A stretch of DNA of 64,000 nucleotides from Blastocatellia bacterium. Lineage in GTDB: Bacteria; Acidobacteriota; Blastocatellia; RBC074. Of the stretch, positions 18,420 through 28,463 are shown in pieces. The translations under genes were made by a program, and so were the position numbers. Position 1 is the first letter of the stretch, and the number at the start of each line of letters is the position of its first letter. The stretch spans positions 3,659 to 67,658 of the forward strand of contig DASTMP010000285.1 in NCBI GenBank assembly GCA_035714085.1, read 5' to 3'. Below the pieces are notes generated by a model that saw nothing but the letters and a program-made list of their open reading frames with translations, was not told the DNA's origin and ran no database searches.

Positions 18420-19900
18420 CCCTGATGGCATAGCGGAGTCCTCGGAGCGGAGCCGGTGTGGGCGAGCGCAATACTATTACTCGCGTTCGCAGCGCCTTCT
18501 CTTCCGAATTTTTCTGTTTTATCGACTGGCCGATTGTGGTATAAGTGAAACGACCTGATGAAAGGCACCAGCCCCTCATCAAGTCTCACCAACGAGCACA
18601 ATGATTGAGGCATTGCACACGATGGCTCATTCTGAAGATACCACAATCAAGACTTTCGAGTTCAAGCTTCGCATCAACAAAGCCTTTGTCGAAACCATCG
18701 AGCGCGAGCTTGAACATTCCCGCCAAATCTACAACGCCGCTCTTGCCGAGCGGATCTCTTGTTACCGGATCACGGGCGCATCCCTCGGTTACAGTGAGCA
18801 ATCGCGCCACCTGACTGAAGCTCGCGACTTGCCAGAAGTAAAGAATCATTTGCGGGCAATCCAGCAAGACGCCCTTGAACGTCTCGACGAAGCTTTCGAG
18901 GGCTTCTTTCGGCGCGTTCGGAATGGAGAGAAGCCGGGATTCCCCAGATTCAAGGGCAAAGACCGCTATCACACCTTCTCGCAAAAATATGAGAAGGTTC
19001 GACCCTGCCCGATCAAAGGCGACAAACTTACGGTTCCGGGCGTTGGCACATGTCGCGTCCGGCTCTCCCGCCCGATTGAAGGACAATGCAAACAGCTTCG
19101 GATCACACGCCGTGTTGACGGCTGGTATGCTTTGATTGTTTGCGAGGCGCACAAACCTGATCCATTGCCGCCGACCGGACAGACCGTCGGAGTAGATGTC
19201 GGCATTAGCAGTTTCGCCACGCTCTCGAACGGCGAAGAGATTGAGAATCCGCGCCATCTCAAGAGCGCGCTGGAGAACCTGCAAAGACAGCAGCGGCGAC
19301 TTTCGCGCAGACAGAAGGGATCGAAGCGGCGCGCGAAGCAGAGAATCAAAGTGGCCAAGGCGCATTTGAAAGTCTCGCGCTGTCGCAAGGATTTTCACCA
19401 CAAGGTATCTCGCGATCTGGTCAGGCGTTTTGACGCAATCACGGTCGAGGATTTGAACATCCGCGGGATGGTCAAGAATCGCCGTCTCGCCCGAGCAATC
19501 AGCGACGTAGCCTGGGGGCGCTTTTTCACGATGACGAAAGGCAAAGCTGAGAACGCTGGCCGGACGTTTGAAAGAGTGGACCCAAGATACACTAGCCAGA
19601 TTTGCAGCAACTGCGGCCACCGACAAAAGATGCCGCTAGCCGTTCGTGTATACGAATGCGGCAAGTGTGGATTTGTAATAGGCCGTGATCATAACTCTGC
19701 AATCACGATCGATAGGGCTGGGCAAGCCCGAATCAACGCCCGTGGAGAGCGACAGCGTTCAATGAAGCGGGAACACGTTAGCAGAACTCAGTTGGAACCC
19801 CGGCAGGGTGGGAACTGAGCGCTATTTCTGCGAACGCGACGCCAACTTTCTATTCAATCAGCCGGTGATCGACGCGCGCAAGCCGCTGAAATCAATGTCC
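18420..19900 (+). mobile_element. IS200/IS605-family tnpB-only insertion sequence (IS1341-like); ends not resolved
   Basis: A full-length TnpB gene with no tnpA (Y1 transposase) gene nearby. The flanking 200-400 bp non-coding segments are placed as the LE/RE and the omegaRNA region. The boundaries are estimates. Confidence 0.35.
18601..19818 (+). CDS. tnpB: TnpB (OrfB) RNA-guided endonuclease of an IS200/IS605-family element
   Basis: RuvC-I (VGVDVGISSF), RuvC-II (ITVEDLNIRGM), a zinc finger (CSNCGH...CGKCGF) and RuvC-III (IGRDHNSAITI). Length about 400 aa, typical of TnpB. Confidence 0.85.
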   Translation: MIEALHTMAHSEDTTIKTFEFKLRINKAFVETIERELEHSRQIYNAALAERISCYRITGASLGYSEQSRHLTEARDLPEVKNHLRAIQQDALERLDEAFEGFFRRVRNGEKPGFPRFKGKDRYHTFSQKYEKVRPCPIKGDKLTVPGVGTCRVRLSRPIEGQCKQLRITRRVDGWYALIVCEAHKPDPLPPTGQTVGVDVGISSFATLSNGEEIENPRHLKSALENLQRQQRRLSRRQKGSKRRAKQRIKVAKAHLKVSRCRKDFHHKVSRDLVRRFDAITVEDLNIRGMVKNRRLARAISDVAWGRFFTMTKGKAENAGRTFERVDPRYTSQICSNCGHRQKMPLAVRVYECGKCGFVIGRDHNSAITIDRAGQARINARGERQRSMKREHVSRTQLEPRQGGN

Positions 19901-20037
19901 ACCTTCTGGCGCAACGCCAATGCTTGACCATTAAGCCACGGTTGATCGATGATTCGCCCGGCTCGAATCGGCAAGCAGCCGTCAACGTCCGATTCGTTCC
20001 TGTTTTAAACCGGTAAACGCGATTCGGATTTAACGCC

Positions 20038-20706
20038 ATGCCTTTAGCCAAAAAAACACAAACCTGGATCAAGCGACCGCAGGAAGATAAGTTCCTCGAT
20101 CTGATGGTACAGAGCGAGATGCGCGTCTGGTCAATAAGCGGGCCGGGCGGAGCCGGAAAATCCAGCCTACTTCAGAAGTTTCTGGAGCATTGCAAAGCGC
20201 AGGAGGTTCCCGCATTGCTGCTAGATCCGTCGAAAGAAACGACCGATCATGCGACAACCGTTCTGAGCAATCTGCATTCGGTCTCAGCCGCAAATTTCAA
20301 GACCACGCAGGAAAAACTCAGCGAGATGTATCGCAGCGCAACCGCCATCGCCGGAGAATACGCTCCGCAGGCCGAAAACGCCTGGGCGTTGCTGCAACAG
20401 GCCGAAGAGGACAAAAACCTTGGCCTGGTTCTTTCGACTGTCAAAGGGTTGGCCAAGCTCGGCTATCAGGCGTACAAATCCGAAGAGATGCAGCGGCTCA
20501 AGAAGCTTGCGCAATCGCCCGAAGAGTCGCTCTGGCGCGCCTTCAAAGAAGACGTTGAGAACAAAAAGCATGGCGTGATCCTGATCGACACTTACGAAAA
20601 GTCGGTTTCGGCGCAATGGCGCAGCCGGTTGCGATTCGCCCAGGATGGGGATTTCAGCACGCCGCAGGGGAAATATGAGGATCGGCCTTATCAATTCAGA
20701 GAGTAG
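20038..20706 (+). CDS. STAND/AAA-type P-loop NTPase, N-terminal portion, ending at an in-frame TAG
   Basis: Walker A (ISGPGGAGKSSLLQKF) and Walker B (HGVILIDTYEK). The TAG at 20704-20706 is in the same frame as the 1035-aa TPR ORF starting 36 nt downstream. Confidence 0.6.
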   Translation: MPLAKKTQTWIKRPQEDKFLDLMVQSEMRVWSISGPGGAGKSSLLQKFLEHCKAQEVPALLLDPSKETTDHATTVLSNLHSVSAANFKTTQEKLSEMYRSATAIAGEYAPQAENAWALLQQAEEDKNLGLVLSTVKGLAKLGYQAYKSEEMQRLKKLAQSPEESLWRAFKEDVENKKHGVILIDTYEKSVSAQWRSRLRFAQDGDFSTPQGKYEDRPYQFRE

Positions 20707-20742
20707 ATCGGGGGGATAGCCAACTTCTTCAATGACGCGCCC

Positions 20743-23700
20743 GTGTTGATGGTCTTTGCCGGACGAGTGCCGAAGGTTCAGGAGTTGGGTATGATCGAGC
20801 CGAAATTCTTTCTCAAGCCAGCGCAGGCCGTTCCGTTCGACGACGCCGAAATCAGTGAATTCTTCCGCCAATACCTGCTTGATGAATTCACGCAGCCTGG
20901 CGCGGATGTCGTCGCCAATGTCCAACAGGTGACGCACGGCAACCCGTTTTTGGTCGAGCGTCTGGCTCGGTTGATCGCGCTCGAAAGGCAGGAAGACCCT
21001 TCGTGGGACTGGTCGCGGTGGGAAGCCACTTGCGGCCATTTCCAGAGCGATGATCGCTATGGGTTGCTGTTGTACGTCACCGAAAGGCTGGCTACGCACA
21101 TACAGCCCGGCGACGAAGATTACTGGAGACTAGCGCTACCCCGTTTGCTTCACCGCGACATGGCCGAGATTCTCTTCCCGCGACAAGAGGGCAAACCGCT
21201 CTTCGGTACCTGCTTGATCGAAGCCTACGAACAGGCCGGGATAATCTACCGGCGCGCCGCGGGCGCTCCCGACGAGTACCTGTTGCCGGACGAAACCCGC
21301 AGTGCGCTCACGGCAAAAGCCCGTCGCGAAGGGTTATTACAGAGCGAGGTTGCAAGCGATCTTCATTCACGGCTTGCGCAATATTTCGACACCAATTACA
21401 GAATCGAGAATGAGTCCTTAATCAAGTCCGAAGTGGAGGGGCGGTCGCTGAACAAAGATCACCCCGCGCTCATTGAGTCCGCCTACCACATTGTTATGAG
21501 CTATGTTCCCAGCCGCCAGGAGAAGAACAGAATTGATCCGGAGCGATTCTGGCGATCAATGGCAGGCTCGATCTCGCTGAATAATTTGGACAAGAAGGTT
21601 AACGCCGCCAGGTTGAGCGGTATGTCTCAATCCGATCTCGAACAACTTTTGAAAGGCTTTGACGAAGAGGCCGAACGCCTCGATAAACAGATATCATTCC
21701 AGGTCGGCGAGGAACTACGTGAGTTGGGGCGCGCAGGACGGTTGGTTACAGGATGGGCAAACAGCCCCAATTTTTTTCAGGAAAGGATCAAAGAATCCAA
21801 TCACAAAGCCTTCTGGTTAGGTCAATACGCGGCATTCCTCACAATCCCTAAGCGTGACAATGACGAAGCCGAGCGATACTACAAGCTCGCCATCGAGGCC
21901 GATCCGAACCACGCAAACAACCTGGGCAACTACGCGGCGTTCCTTATGAACCATCGGCGCGACAATGGCAGGGCCGAGCACTTCTTCAAGCTGGCCGTTG
22001 AGGCTGACCCGAACGATGCGAATCACCTCGGCAACTACGCATGGTCTCTTGTAAAGAATCGGCGTGACAATGACGAAGCCGAGCGATACTACAAGCTCGC
22101 CATCGAGGCCGACCCGAACCACGCAAACAACCTGGGCAACTATGCGGCGTTCCTTATGAACCACCGGAGCAACTATGACAGGGCCGAGCGATATTACAAG
22201 CTCGCCGTCGAGGCTGACCCGGACCACGCAAACAACCTCGGCAACTACGCGGTGTTTCTTGAGAAGAATCGGCATGACAATGGCGAAGCCGAGCGATTCC
22301 ACAAGCTCGCCATCGAGACTGATCCGAGCCACGCAAACAACCTCTGCAACTACGCGACGTTCATTGTGAAGAATCGGCGTGACAATGACGAGGCCGAGCG
22401 CTTCTTCAAACTCGCCGTCGAGGCTGATCCCTATAATGTAAACAGCCTCCGCAACTACGCGCTTTTCTTTGAGAAGAATCGGCGTGACTACAACGAGGCC
22501 GAGCGATACTATAAGCTTGCCATCAAGGCTGACCCGAAGGACGCCCGCAACCTCGGCGACTACGCAGCGTTCCTTATGAACCATCGGTGTGACAATGACG
22601 AAGCCGAGCGATACTACAAGCTCGCCGTCGAGGCCGACCCGAACCACGCAAAAATCCTCTGTAACTACGCGCTGTTCTTTGAGAACAATCGCCGTGACTA
22701 TGACGAGGCCGAGCGATACTACAAGCTCGCCGTCGAGGCCGATCCGAACTATGCAAAAATCCTCGGTACCTATGCGGCATTCCTTATGATCCATCGGCAT
22801 GACAATGGCGAAGCCGAGCGGTTCTACAAGCTCTCCGTCGAGGCTGACCCGAACGACGCGAACAGCCTCGGCAACTACGCGGTGTTCCTTGAGAAGTATC
22901 GGCATGGCTACGACGAGGCCGAGCGATACTACAAGCTCGCCATCAATGCCGACCCGAACCACGCGAACAATCTCGGCAACTACGCGGTGTTCTTTGAGAA
23001 GAATCGGCGTGACTACAACGAGGCCGAGCGATACTATAAGCTCGCCGTCGAGGCCGACCCGAACCACGCCCGTAATCTCGGCAACTATGCAGCGTTCCTT
23101 ATGATCCATCGGCGCGACAATGACGAGGCCGAGCACCTCTTCGAGCGCGCCATCGAGGCCGACCCGAACAGCGCGAACAACCTCGGCAACTACGCGGTGT
23201 TCCTTGAGAACAATCGCCGCGATAATGGAGAGGCCGAGCGATACTACAAGCTCGCCATCAAAGCTGCACCGAACGACGCACACTGGCTCGGTGCCTATGC
23301 GTTGTTCCTTAAGAAGAATAGACGTGACGATAAGGAAGCCGAGCGATACCACAAGCTAGCCGTCGAGGCTGACCCGAACGATGCCCTCTGGCTCAGCGGG
23401 TATGCGGTTTTTCTACAAGCTCAACGTGGAAACTATGACGAAGCCGAACGATTCTACCGCCAGGCTATAGCTTTGAACCCGGCTGACGCGAATTCGCGTG
23501 GTAACTTTGCTCAGATTTTGTTGGCGCAAGGGCGGAAGGAAGAGGGCAGAGAAATGATCGCCGCCTCGTTTGACGCGTTAGCCGACAACATCTCGCCCGG
23601 ATTGTTGCCGGAGCTTTGGTTCTATCGTTACGCCCATTTTGGGAGCGGGTGGCCGGCGGCTCTATCGGAATTGAAGAAGGTTTTGCTTGCCGGGGATCGT

Positions 23701-23850
23701 TCGCCAGGTTGGAGTCTGCAACCGAACATAGAGCGGGCCGAAGTCGATAGGCATCCGAACGTCGCGTTGCTGAAGACGCTCGCCCGCGTAATCAACGAAG
23801 AGGCTGGGATAGAGGAGTTGGAGGTTGACCCTGAATGGCGCGCGGCATGA
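20743..23850 (+). CDS. C-terminal portion of the same STAND NTPase (sensor/arm region) followed by a long TPR array
   Basis: Begins ...NFFNDAPVLMVFAGRVP. This is the continuation expected after a Walker B, and it is in frame with 20038..20706. About 20 near-identical TPR-like 40-aa units follow (AERYYKLAVEADPNHANNLGNYAVFLEKNRRDYDE). Confidence 0.6.
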   Translation: MLMVFAGRVPKVQELGMIEPKFFLKPAQAVPFDDAEISEFFRQYLLDEFTQPGADVVANVQQVTHGNPFLVERLARLIALERQEDPSWDWSRWEATCGHFQSDDRYGLLLYVTERLATHIQPGDEDYWRLALPRLLHRDMAEILFPRQEGKPLFGTCLIEAYEQAGIIYRRAAGAPDEYLLPDETRSALTAKARREGLLQSEVASDLHSRLAQYFDTNYRIENESLIKSEVEGRSLNKDHPALIESAYHIVMSYVPSRQEKNRIDPERFWRSMAGSISLNNLDKKVNAARLSGMSQSDLEQLLKGFDEEAERLDKQISFQVGEELRELGRAGRLVTGWANSPNFFQERIKESNHKAFWLGQYAAFLTIPKRDNDEAERYYKLAIEADPNHANNLGNYAAFLMNHRRDNGRAEHFFKLAVEADPNDANHLGNYAWSLVKNRRDNDEAERYYKLAIEADPNHANNLGNYAAFLMNHRSNYDRAERYYKLAVEADPDHANNLGNYAVFLEKNRHDNGEAERFHKLAIETDPSHANNLCNYATFIVKNRRDNDEAERFFKLAVEADPYNVNSLRNYALFFEKNRRDYNEAERYYKLAIKADPKDARNLGDYAAFLMNHRCDNDEAERYYKLAVEADPNHAKILCNYALFFENNRRDYDEAERYYKLAVEADPNYAKILGTYAAFLMIHRHDNGEAERFYKLSVEADPNDANSLGNYAVFLEKYRHGYDEAERYYKLAINADPNHANNLGNYAVFFEKNRRDYNEAERYYKLAVEADPNHARNLGNYAAFLMIHRRDNDEAEHLFERAIEADPNSANNLGNYAVFLENNRRDNGEAERYYKLAIKAAPNDAHWLGAYALFLKKNRRDDKEAERYHKLAVEADPNDALWLSGYAVFLQAQRGNYDEAERFYRQAIALNPADANSRGNFAQILLAQGRKEEGREMIAASFDALADNISPGLLPELWFYRYAHFGSGWPAALSELKKVLLAGDRSPGWSLQPNIERAEVDRHPNVALLKTLARVINEEAGIEELEVDPEWRAA
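21817..23400 (+). repeat. About 13 tandem, highly similar 120-bp coding repeats (TPR units)
   Basis: The unit gacaatgacgaagccgagcgatactacaagctcgccatcgaggccgacccgaaccacgcaaacaacctcggcaactacgcg... recurs every 120 bp with few substitutions. The antisense 511-aa ORF at 21817..23352 is an artefact of this array. Confidence 0.7.
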
Positions 23851-24104
23851 CAAATTCGGGGCGAATAGTTGAGAACGTGTGCCAAGTTTTTGCGGTGCAG
23901 TGGAAATAATCCAGGGTACGCATTGCTTCCAGCGTGCTTTTGCCAAAAGACCAACTTCTTTTCAATCAGCCTCTTTCCGAGAGCACGCTAGAAGCGATGC
24001 GTACCCAGGGCAGGCGCAAAACTATGACGCGCCCCCAGTTGTTGAAGACGGGCCGGATCATTACACTATGCCGACATTTTCGGCCCCCCCGAAAGGATTT
24101 GTGG

Positions 24105-25997
24105 ATGTTGTTAAAGGTTTCGATTCTCTGTCTCCGGGTGGCAAAAAAATCTCTCTTCTTTGCTTCCCTTCTTTTCCTTCTCTTCATCTTGCCGGCGACG
24201 AACGCAGTCGCGCCTCCTTCATCGCCGTGGTCTGCGAAATTCGATGGCAAAGTCTATTTTCACCAGACAACCGAGCTTGGCGCGTTGATCGTCGGAACTG
24301 AAAAATCGCTCTACGCCGTGGACGGCGAAACGGGCGAAGTGTTGTGGCGTCGCAAGGACGTTCGGTTGGACGAATCGGACGTCGCGCCAGTCGTCGGCAC
24401 CGACCTGCTTCTGCTCAGCTACGAGAAAGGCGGGAAAACCCGCGTAGAGGCAGTAGATCTGATGGCGGGCAATACGTTGTGGCGCAGCGATAAGATCAAA
24501 GGCGGCGTGATGCAGATGGCTGTCGATCCGGAGAACGATCTGGCCGCTGTCGTTTTCGTTCGTGACGCTAAGGCCGGGCCGAGAGAGGGCTTCAAACGAC
24601 GCCCGTCGATCCATCTGCTGAACCTGGCCACGGGCGACGAGTTGTGGAAGCGCGATCTGGAGAGCGAGGTCGAGATGACGCCTGCCCGGTGGAACGGAGA
24701 CGGCGACGAGACCTTCTACACGCTCGACAATTACCGCGCGCCGTTTTTCCTGGACGGCCGGTTGTGGCTCTTTTACGAAGGCGTGACCTCGCTGGACGCT
24801 CGTACGGGCAAAGAGGGAATCAGAGAGAAGTTTCGCGTCAATGAAGAAGGATTGGCGTTGACCGAAGCCGATCCGGTCATTGACGCGCGGAATATTTATG
24901 TGTCGGGGCGCGGGCAGGTTCGAGCGATCTCTCGCGCGACCGGGCGCGAGGCCTGGGAAGCGAAAGACCTTGGGTTAACGCCGGAGATGATTCTGGCGAG
25001 CGGTCTGCTTTTTGTCCGAACCGGCGGCCGGTTCACGCGATTGAAAGACGGCGAGGTCGTAGAACGCGGGCCTTACGGCGTCAGCGCGATTGATCCGTCG
25101 AACGGAAAAATCCTCTGGCGTTATCGCGGCGCAGACAAAGGCATCTCCAACATCGCGCTGGCCGACGCTTCAACAGCGCTCGTCGCCGACCACGACGAGT
25201 TGATCGCGATCGACAAGTCGAGCGGCAAGGTCGTCAAACGTCTGAAACACCGCATCGACCGCGCCGCCTTCGTCCTGATCAACGAAGAGAGGCAGGCCGT
25301 TGTCGGCGGGCGCAATGAGATCGCGGGGTTCGACGTCGCTCGCGGCGAGGCTGTCTGGCGCGTCCGTCACGACCCGCCGGGGCGCGGGGTTCTGCGAACT
25401 GTCGGGTCGATCACGGCTCGCGCCGCCTCGATTTATTTTCGCTACGGCGGGGTCGCGACGACCGCCTTTCGCGGCGTTCAACTCGCGCGCGGCGTGAGCG
25501 CGCTCCGGTGGTCGGGAGTGGCTTCGCGCGCGGTTATGCCGAACCTGACCGATTACGCCGCCGGCGCCGCGCGGGAATATGTTACGTCACAAATAAAAGG
25601 CTACGGCGTCATCTCGCGCGCCGACCTCGCGCGCCGGGCGGTCGGCGCGGCGCAGTCGCAGACGATCTCGGCGCAAATTTCAGTCAACGTCGACGTCGAT
25701 GTCGAGGATAGGTTGATGGATCGGCTCGATCCCTCACGCCAACTCGACAAACTGTCGCGCTTTCTGTGGCGGCGACAACAACTGGCCGCCCTGCGCGGCC
25801 AGTTTATGTATTTTTACACCGAGTTGAAGCCAGAAGGCGGGCGAGGATTGGCAGGCGTCAATCTGAACACGGGCCAGACGGAGCGGGCAGTCGCGTTGGA
25901 TGACCTCGATTACCGGTTCTCAAATGACGAGATCGCCGAGCTGATTTACGTCGCGAAAGATAATCGTTTGACGGCCCACAAGATCATCTCGCGTTGA
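24105..25997 (+). CDS. Secreted PQQ-like (BamB-type) beta-propeller repeat protein
   Basis: Signal peptide from the ATG at 24105. The motif G-(E/N/D)-x-LW(R/K) recurs about every 40-60 aa (GEVLWRR, GNTLWRS, GDELWKR, GREAWEA, GKILWRY, GEAVWRV). In-frame upstream extension to 23934 is possible. Confidence 0.7.
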   Translation: MLLKVSILCLRVAKKSLFFASLLFLLFILPATNAVAPPSSPWSAKFDGKVYFHQTTELGALIVGTEKSLYAVDGETGEVLWRRKDVRLDESDVAPVVGTDLLLLSYEKGGKTRVEAVDLMAGNTLWRSDKIKGGVMQMAVDPENDLAAVVFVRDAKAGPREGFKRRPSIHLLNLATGDELWKRDLESEVEMTPARWNGDGDETFYTLDNYRAPFFLDGRLWLFYEGVTSLDARTGKEGIREKFRVNEEGLALTEADPVIDARNIYVSGRGQVRAISRATGREAWEAKDLGLTPEMILASGLLFVRTGGRFTRLKDGEVVERGPYGVSAIDPSNGKILWRYRGADKGISNIALADASTALVADHDELIAIDKSSGKVVKRLKHRIDRAAFVLINEERQAVVGGRNEIAGFDVARGEAVWRVRHDPPGRGVLRTVGSITARAASIYFRYGGVATTAFRGVQLARGVSALRWSGVASRAVMPNLTDYAAGAAREYVTSQIKGYGVISRADLARRAVGAAQSQTISAQISVNVDVDVEDRLMDRLDPSRQLDKLSRFLWRRQQLAALRGQFMYFYTELKPEGGRGLAGVNLNTGQTERAVALDDLDYRFSNDEIAELIYVAKDNRLTAHKIISR

Positions 25998-26997
25998 CCT
26001 TTCCGACTTTCTTCTCCAGTTTCTTTACGGCGTTCTGCGCCACAGAGGCGTAATGGCCAGACGTGCATTGGCGGTAAGCTTCGAGCGCCTGCTGCAGTTG
26101 GTTCATTCTCTGGTAGGTCTGACCGATTAGATAGTAAATGTTCTTGTTATCCGGATCGAGTTTCTTGACTTGCTCGAATTCCTGCAGCGCCTCCTGGTGG
26201 CGGCCGGCGTTCATGTACGTGATTCCCTGCTCCAGACTATGTTCGGCGCTGGTTCCGTCGGCGGCCGGCTTTTCATGCGGAGTCGCTGGCGTGGGCTTTG
26301 CGACAGCTTGCCGCTGAGGATTTGAGCCGGCCTCGGCGTTATGAACCGCGGGTGATCTGACTTCGCTGATAGAGGGACCGGGTTGTGGCCCGGTTTGCAG
26401 TTGAGCTTGATTGTTCGCGCCGGCGCCGGATTGCTGATTGGATTGCTGATTAGATTGCTGGGCGATGGGCTGCGCCGACGTTGATGGTTTGGCGTTGTCG
26501 GCTGTCCGCATCCCGGCTTGAGCTTCAGGCGCCCTGCGCGAGTGGATAAAGAAGAATGTCCCTGCCGCCAGCGCCACTAAGGCCACTCCGCCAAGCGCCG
26601 CGGCCGACGCCAATTTCTTCCGCCCTCCCGATAGCCTTCCCGCCGGCCCTCCTGATGGTTGGACCGACGGCTGGTTTGCAGGCGCCGGTTCAACGCGTTT
26701 TGGTCGCGACTGTGTGACAAAAGCGTCTGCGATAACCTCCGTCGCCCTCTCTTCAGCCCGCGAAGTTGTCGCCGTTATCGGCATTTCTTCCGTTGCGTAG
26801 GAAGACGCCTTTGACTCCGGAAGTACTTCTGTAGCGTAAACTGTCTGATCAGTCTGTTCGCCGGGTAAGGGCCTGGTCTCTTGCGCGGTTACGTCAACGG
26901 GCTCCACGACGCCCACAGTCGCGCCACAAGTCGTGCAAAACTTCGCCCCTGCTTTGGTCAAGGCGTTCCCACATTGTTTGCAAAACTTCTTTGTCAT
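25984..26997 (-). CDS. Zinc-ribbon / single-TM / C-terminal TPR protein (hypothetical)
   Basis: N-terminus CKQCGN...CTTCG is a zinc ribbon. A low-complexity linker and a TM helix (AAALGGVALVALAAGTFFFI) follow, then a Q/N-rich segment and 2-3 TPR units. Confidence 0.5.
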   Translation of the reverse strand: MTKKFCKQCGNALTKAGAKFCTTCGATVGVVEPVDVTAQETRPLPGEQTDQTVYATEVLPESKASSYATEEMPITATTSRAEERATEVIADAFVTQSRPKRVEPAPANQPSVQPSGGPAGRLSGGRKKLASAAALGGVALVALAAGTFFFIHSRRAPEAQAGMRTADNAKPSTSAQPIAQQSNQQSNQQSGAGANNQAQLQTGPQPGPSISEVRSPAVHNAEAGSNPQRQAVAKPTPATPHEKPAADGTSAEHSLEQGITYMNAGRHQEALQEFEQVKKLDPDNKNIYYLIGQTYQRMNQLQQALEAYRQCTSGHYASVAQNAVKKLEKKVGKVNAR

Positions 26998-27149
26998 GGC
27001 TCGTCCTTTCCGAGTATCTGTGGCGTCTCAAATTATTTTCAGCCTTCAGACGCCCCGCTGCTTCTAACAGTATTAGGTGGAATTAGCCCGTATTAGGCAA
27101 CGATACATCATTCAATCAGACAGTAAAACATCAACATTATTGGAGAGGA

Positions 27150-27578
27150 ATGCAAATGAAAAGATTTTTGATCTTCGCAGCCTGTGTCTTAGCTTATCTG
27201 ACCTCGATCTCGGTATTAGCGCAAGAACCGCAGGGCCAGCCAAACCCCCGCAAGCACGGCGGCCCAAACGGAGAAAAGAGGATGAAGCGCATGGACATCA
27301 ATAACGACGGCGTGATTTCGCGCGATGAATGGAAAGGCAAACCGGAAGCCTTCGACAAGATCGACAAGAACGGCGACGGCAAACTCACACGCGAAGAGTT
27401 AGGCGAGGCTGCGCGCCGACAGGCCGGACGTTTCGATGAAATGGACACGAACAACGACGGTAAGATTTCCCGCGACGAATGGAAGGGTCCTCCGAAACGA
27501 TTCGATCGCCTCGACGCCAATGGCGACGGGGTGATCACGAAAGAAGAGCTCCGCAGCGCCCGTCAAAACCGCCATTAA
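27150..27578 (+). CDS. Secreted EF-hand calcium-binding protein (4 EF loops)
   Basis: Signal peptide, then four canonical 12-residue loops (DINNDGVISRDE, DKNGDGKLTREE, DTNNDGKISRDE, DANGDGVITKEE). Confidence 0.8.
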   Translation: MQMKRFLIFAACVLAYLTSISVLAQEPQGQPNPRKHGGPNGEKRMKRMDINNDGVISRDEWKGKPEAFDKIDKNGDGKLTREELGEAARRQAGRFDEMDTNNDGKISRDEWKGPPKRFDRLDANGDGVITKEELRSARQNRH

Positions 27579-27581
27579 AGA

Positions 27582-27710
27582 CAGAGAGCGGGAGAGCGGG
27601 AGAGCGAGAGAAGAGGAGGCAGGTTGAGGGGAAGAAAACTGTCGATCTCCTTGTCTCTCCATCCCTCGCTCTCCCGCTCTCCCGCTCTCCCACTCTCTCG
27701 CTCGCTGTAC
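27582..27710. terminator. Long GA/CT-rich palindrome between convergent genes (bidirectional terminator candidate)
   Basis: gagagcgggagagcgggagagcgagaga ... tctccatccctcgctctcccgctctcccgctctcc form an about 30-bp stem around an about 40-nt loop. It lies between the stop codons of the EF-hand gene (+) and the transaldolase gene (-). Confidence 0.5.
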
Positions 27711-27717
27711 CAGCGCG

Positions 27718-28374
27718 TCACTGTTTGATCTTCTCCCAATCTTTCAGGAAATTGGCCAAGCCGATGTCAGTCAGCGGGTGTTTAAGCAACTGCTCAAGCA
27801 CCTTGAACGGCATGGTCGCGATGTCCGCGCCGAGTCGGGCCGATTCGATCACGTGCAGCGTATGGCGGATGCTGGCCGCCAGAATCTGGGTGTTGAATCC
27901 GTAGTTGTCGTAAATCTCCCGAATCTCTCCGATCAATCCCATGCCTTCGTGGCCGATGTCGTCGAGACGACCGATGAACGGGCTAACGAAAGTCGAGCCT
28001 GCTTTCGCCGACATCAGCGCCTGCGTGGCGTTGAAGATCAGCGTCTGATTGATGCGGATGCCCTCTTTTGACAGCGTGTGCGTGGCCTGCAATCCGGCTT
28101 TGGTCATCGGCAGTTTGACGTAAACGTTCGGATGGATTTTCGCCAGTTCGCGGCCTTCAGCGATCATGCCGTCGTATTCGGTGGCGACGACCTCGGCGCT
28201 GACCGATGCGCCCTCCCAATTGAGGATTTCGCAGATTCTCAGAATGTGCTCCTTAAAATCCACGTTGCCCTCTTTGGCGATGAGCGACGGATTGGTCGTC
28301 ACGCCGTCGAGTATTCCCAGACTCGCCGCTTCACGAATCTCTTTCAGATTTGCGGTATCGACAAAGAACTTCAT
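27718..28374 (-). CDS. Transaldolase / fructose-6-phosphate aldolase (short TalC/FSA-type)
   Basis: 218 aa. The sequence [10 protein letters not shown]...GVTTNPSLI...VKLP.T..G......L...GI..N.TLIF.....L.....GA..VSPF.GR is the TalC/FSA subfamily signature. Confidence 0.85.
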   Translation of the reverse strand: MKFFVDTANLKEIREAASLGILDGVTTNPSLIAKEGNVDFKEHILRICEILNWEGASVSAEVVATEYDGMIAEGRELAKIHPNVYVKLPMTKAGLQATHTLSKEGIRINQTLIFNATQALMSAKAGSTFVSPFIGRLDDIGHEGMGLIGEIREIYDNYGFNTQILAASIRHTLHVIESARLGADIATMPFKVLEQLLKHPLTDIGLANFLKDWEKIKQ

Positions 28375-28463
28375 TTTTTACTCCTCCAAAAATCACTGGG
28401 AGCGTCATGGACAGGACTTATTAGACTCTTAAGACCTATAAGTCCCAGTATCGGGAGCGCGCA

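Noticed and set aside
18201-18600. Possible tnpA (Y1 transposase) remnant upstream of tnpB
   Set aside because: The small ORFs there (61-117 aa) lack the HuH and Tyr motifs, so the region is treated as the IS left end and non-coding.
21817-23352. 511-aa minus-strand ORF with its own V/L/G-rich internal repeats
   Set aside because: It is antisense to the 120-bp TPR repeat array. Its periodicity simply mirrors the sense-strand repeats, and it has no RBS.
21817-23400. Possible CRISPR array (regular about 120-bp periodicity)
   Set aside because: The repeats are translated TPR units inside a long ORF. There are no short direct repeats separated by unique spacers and no cas genes.
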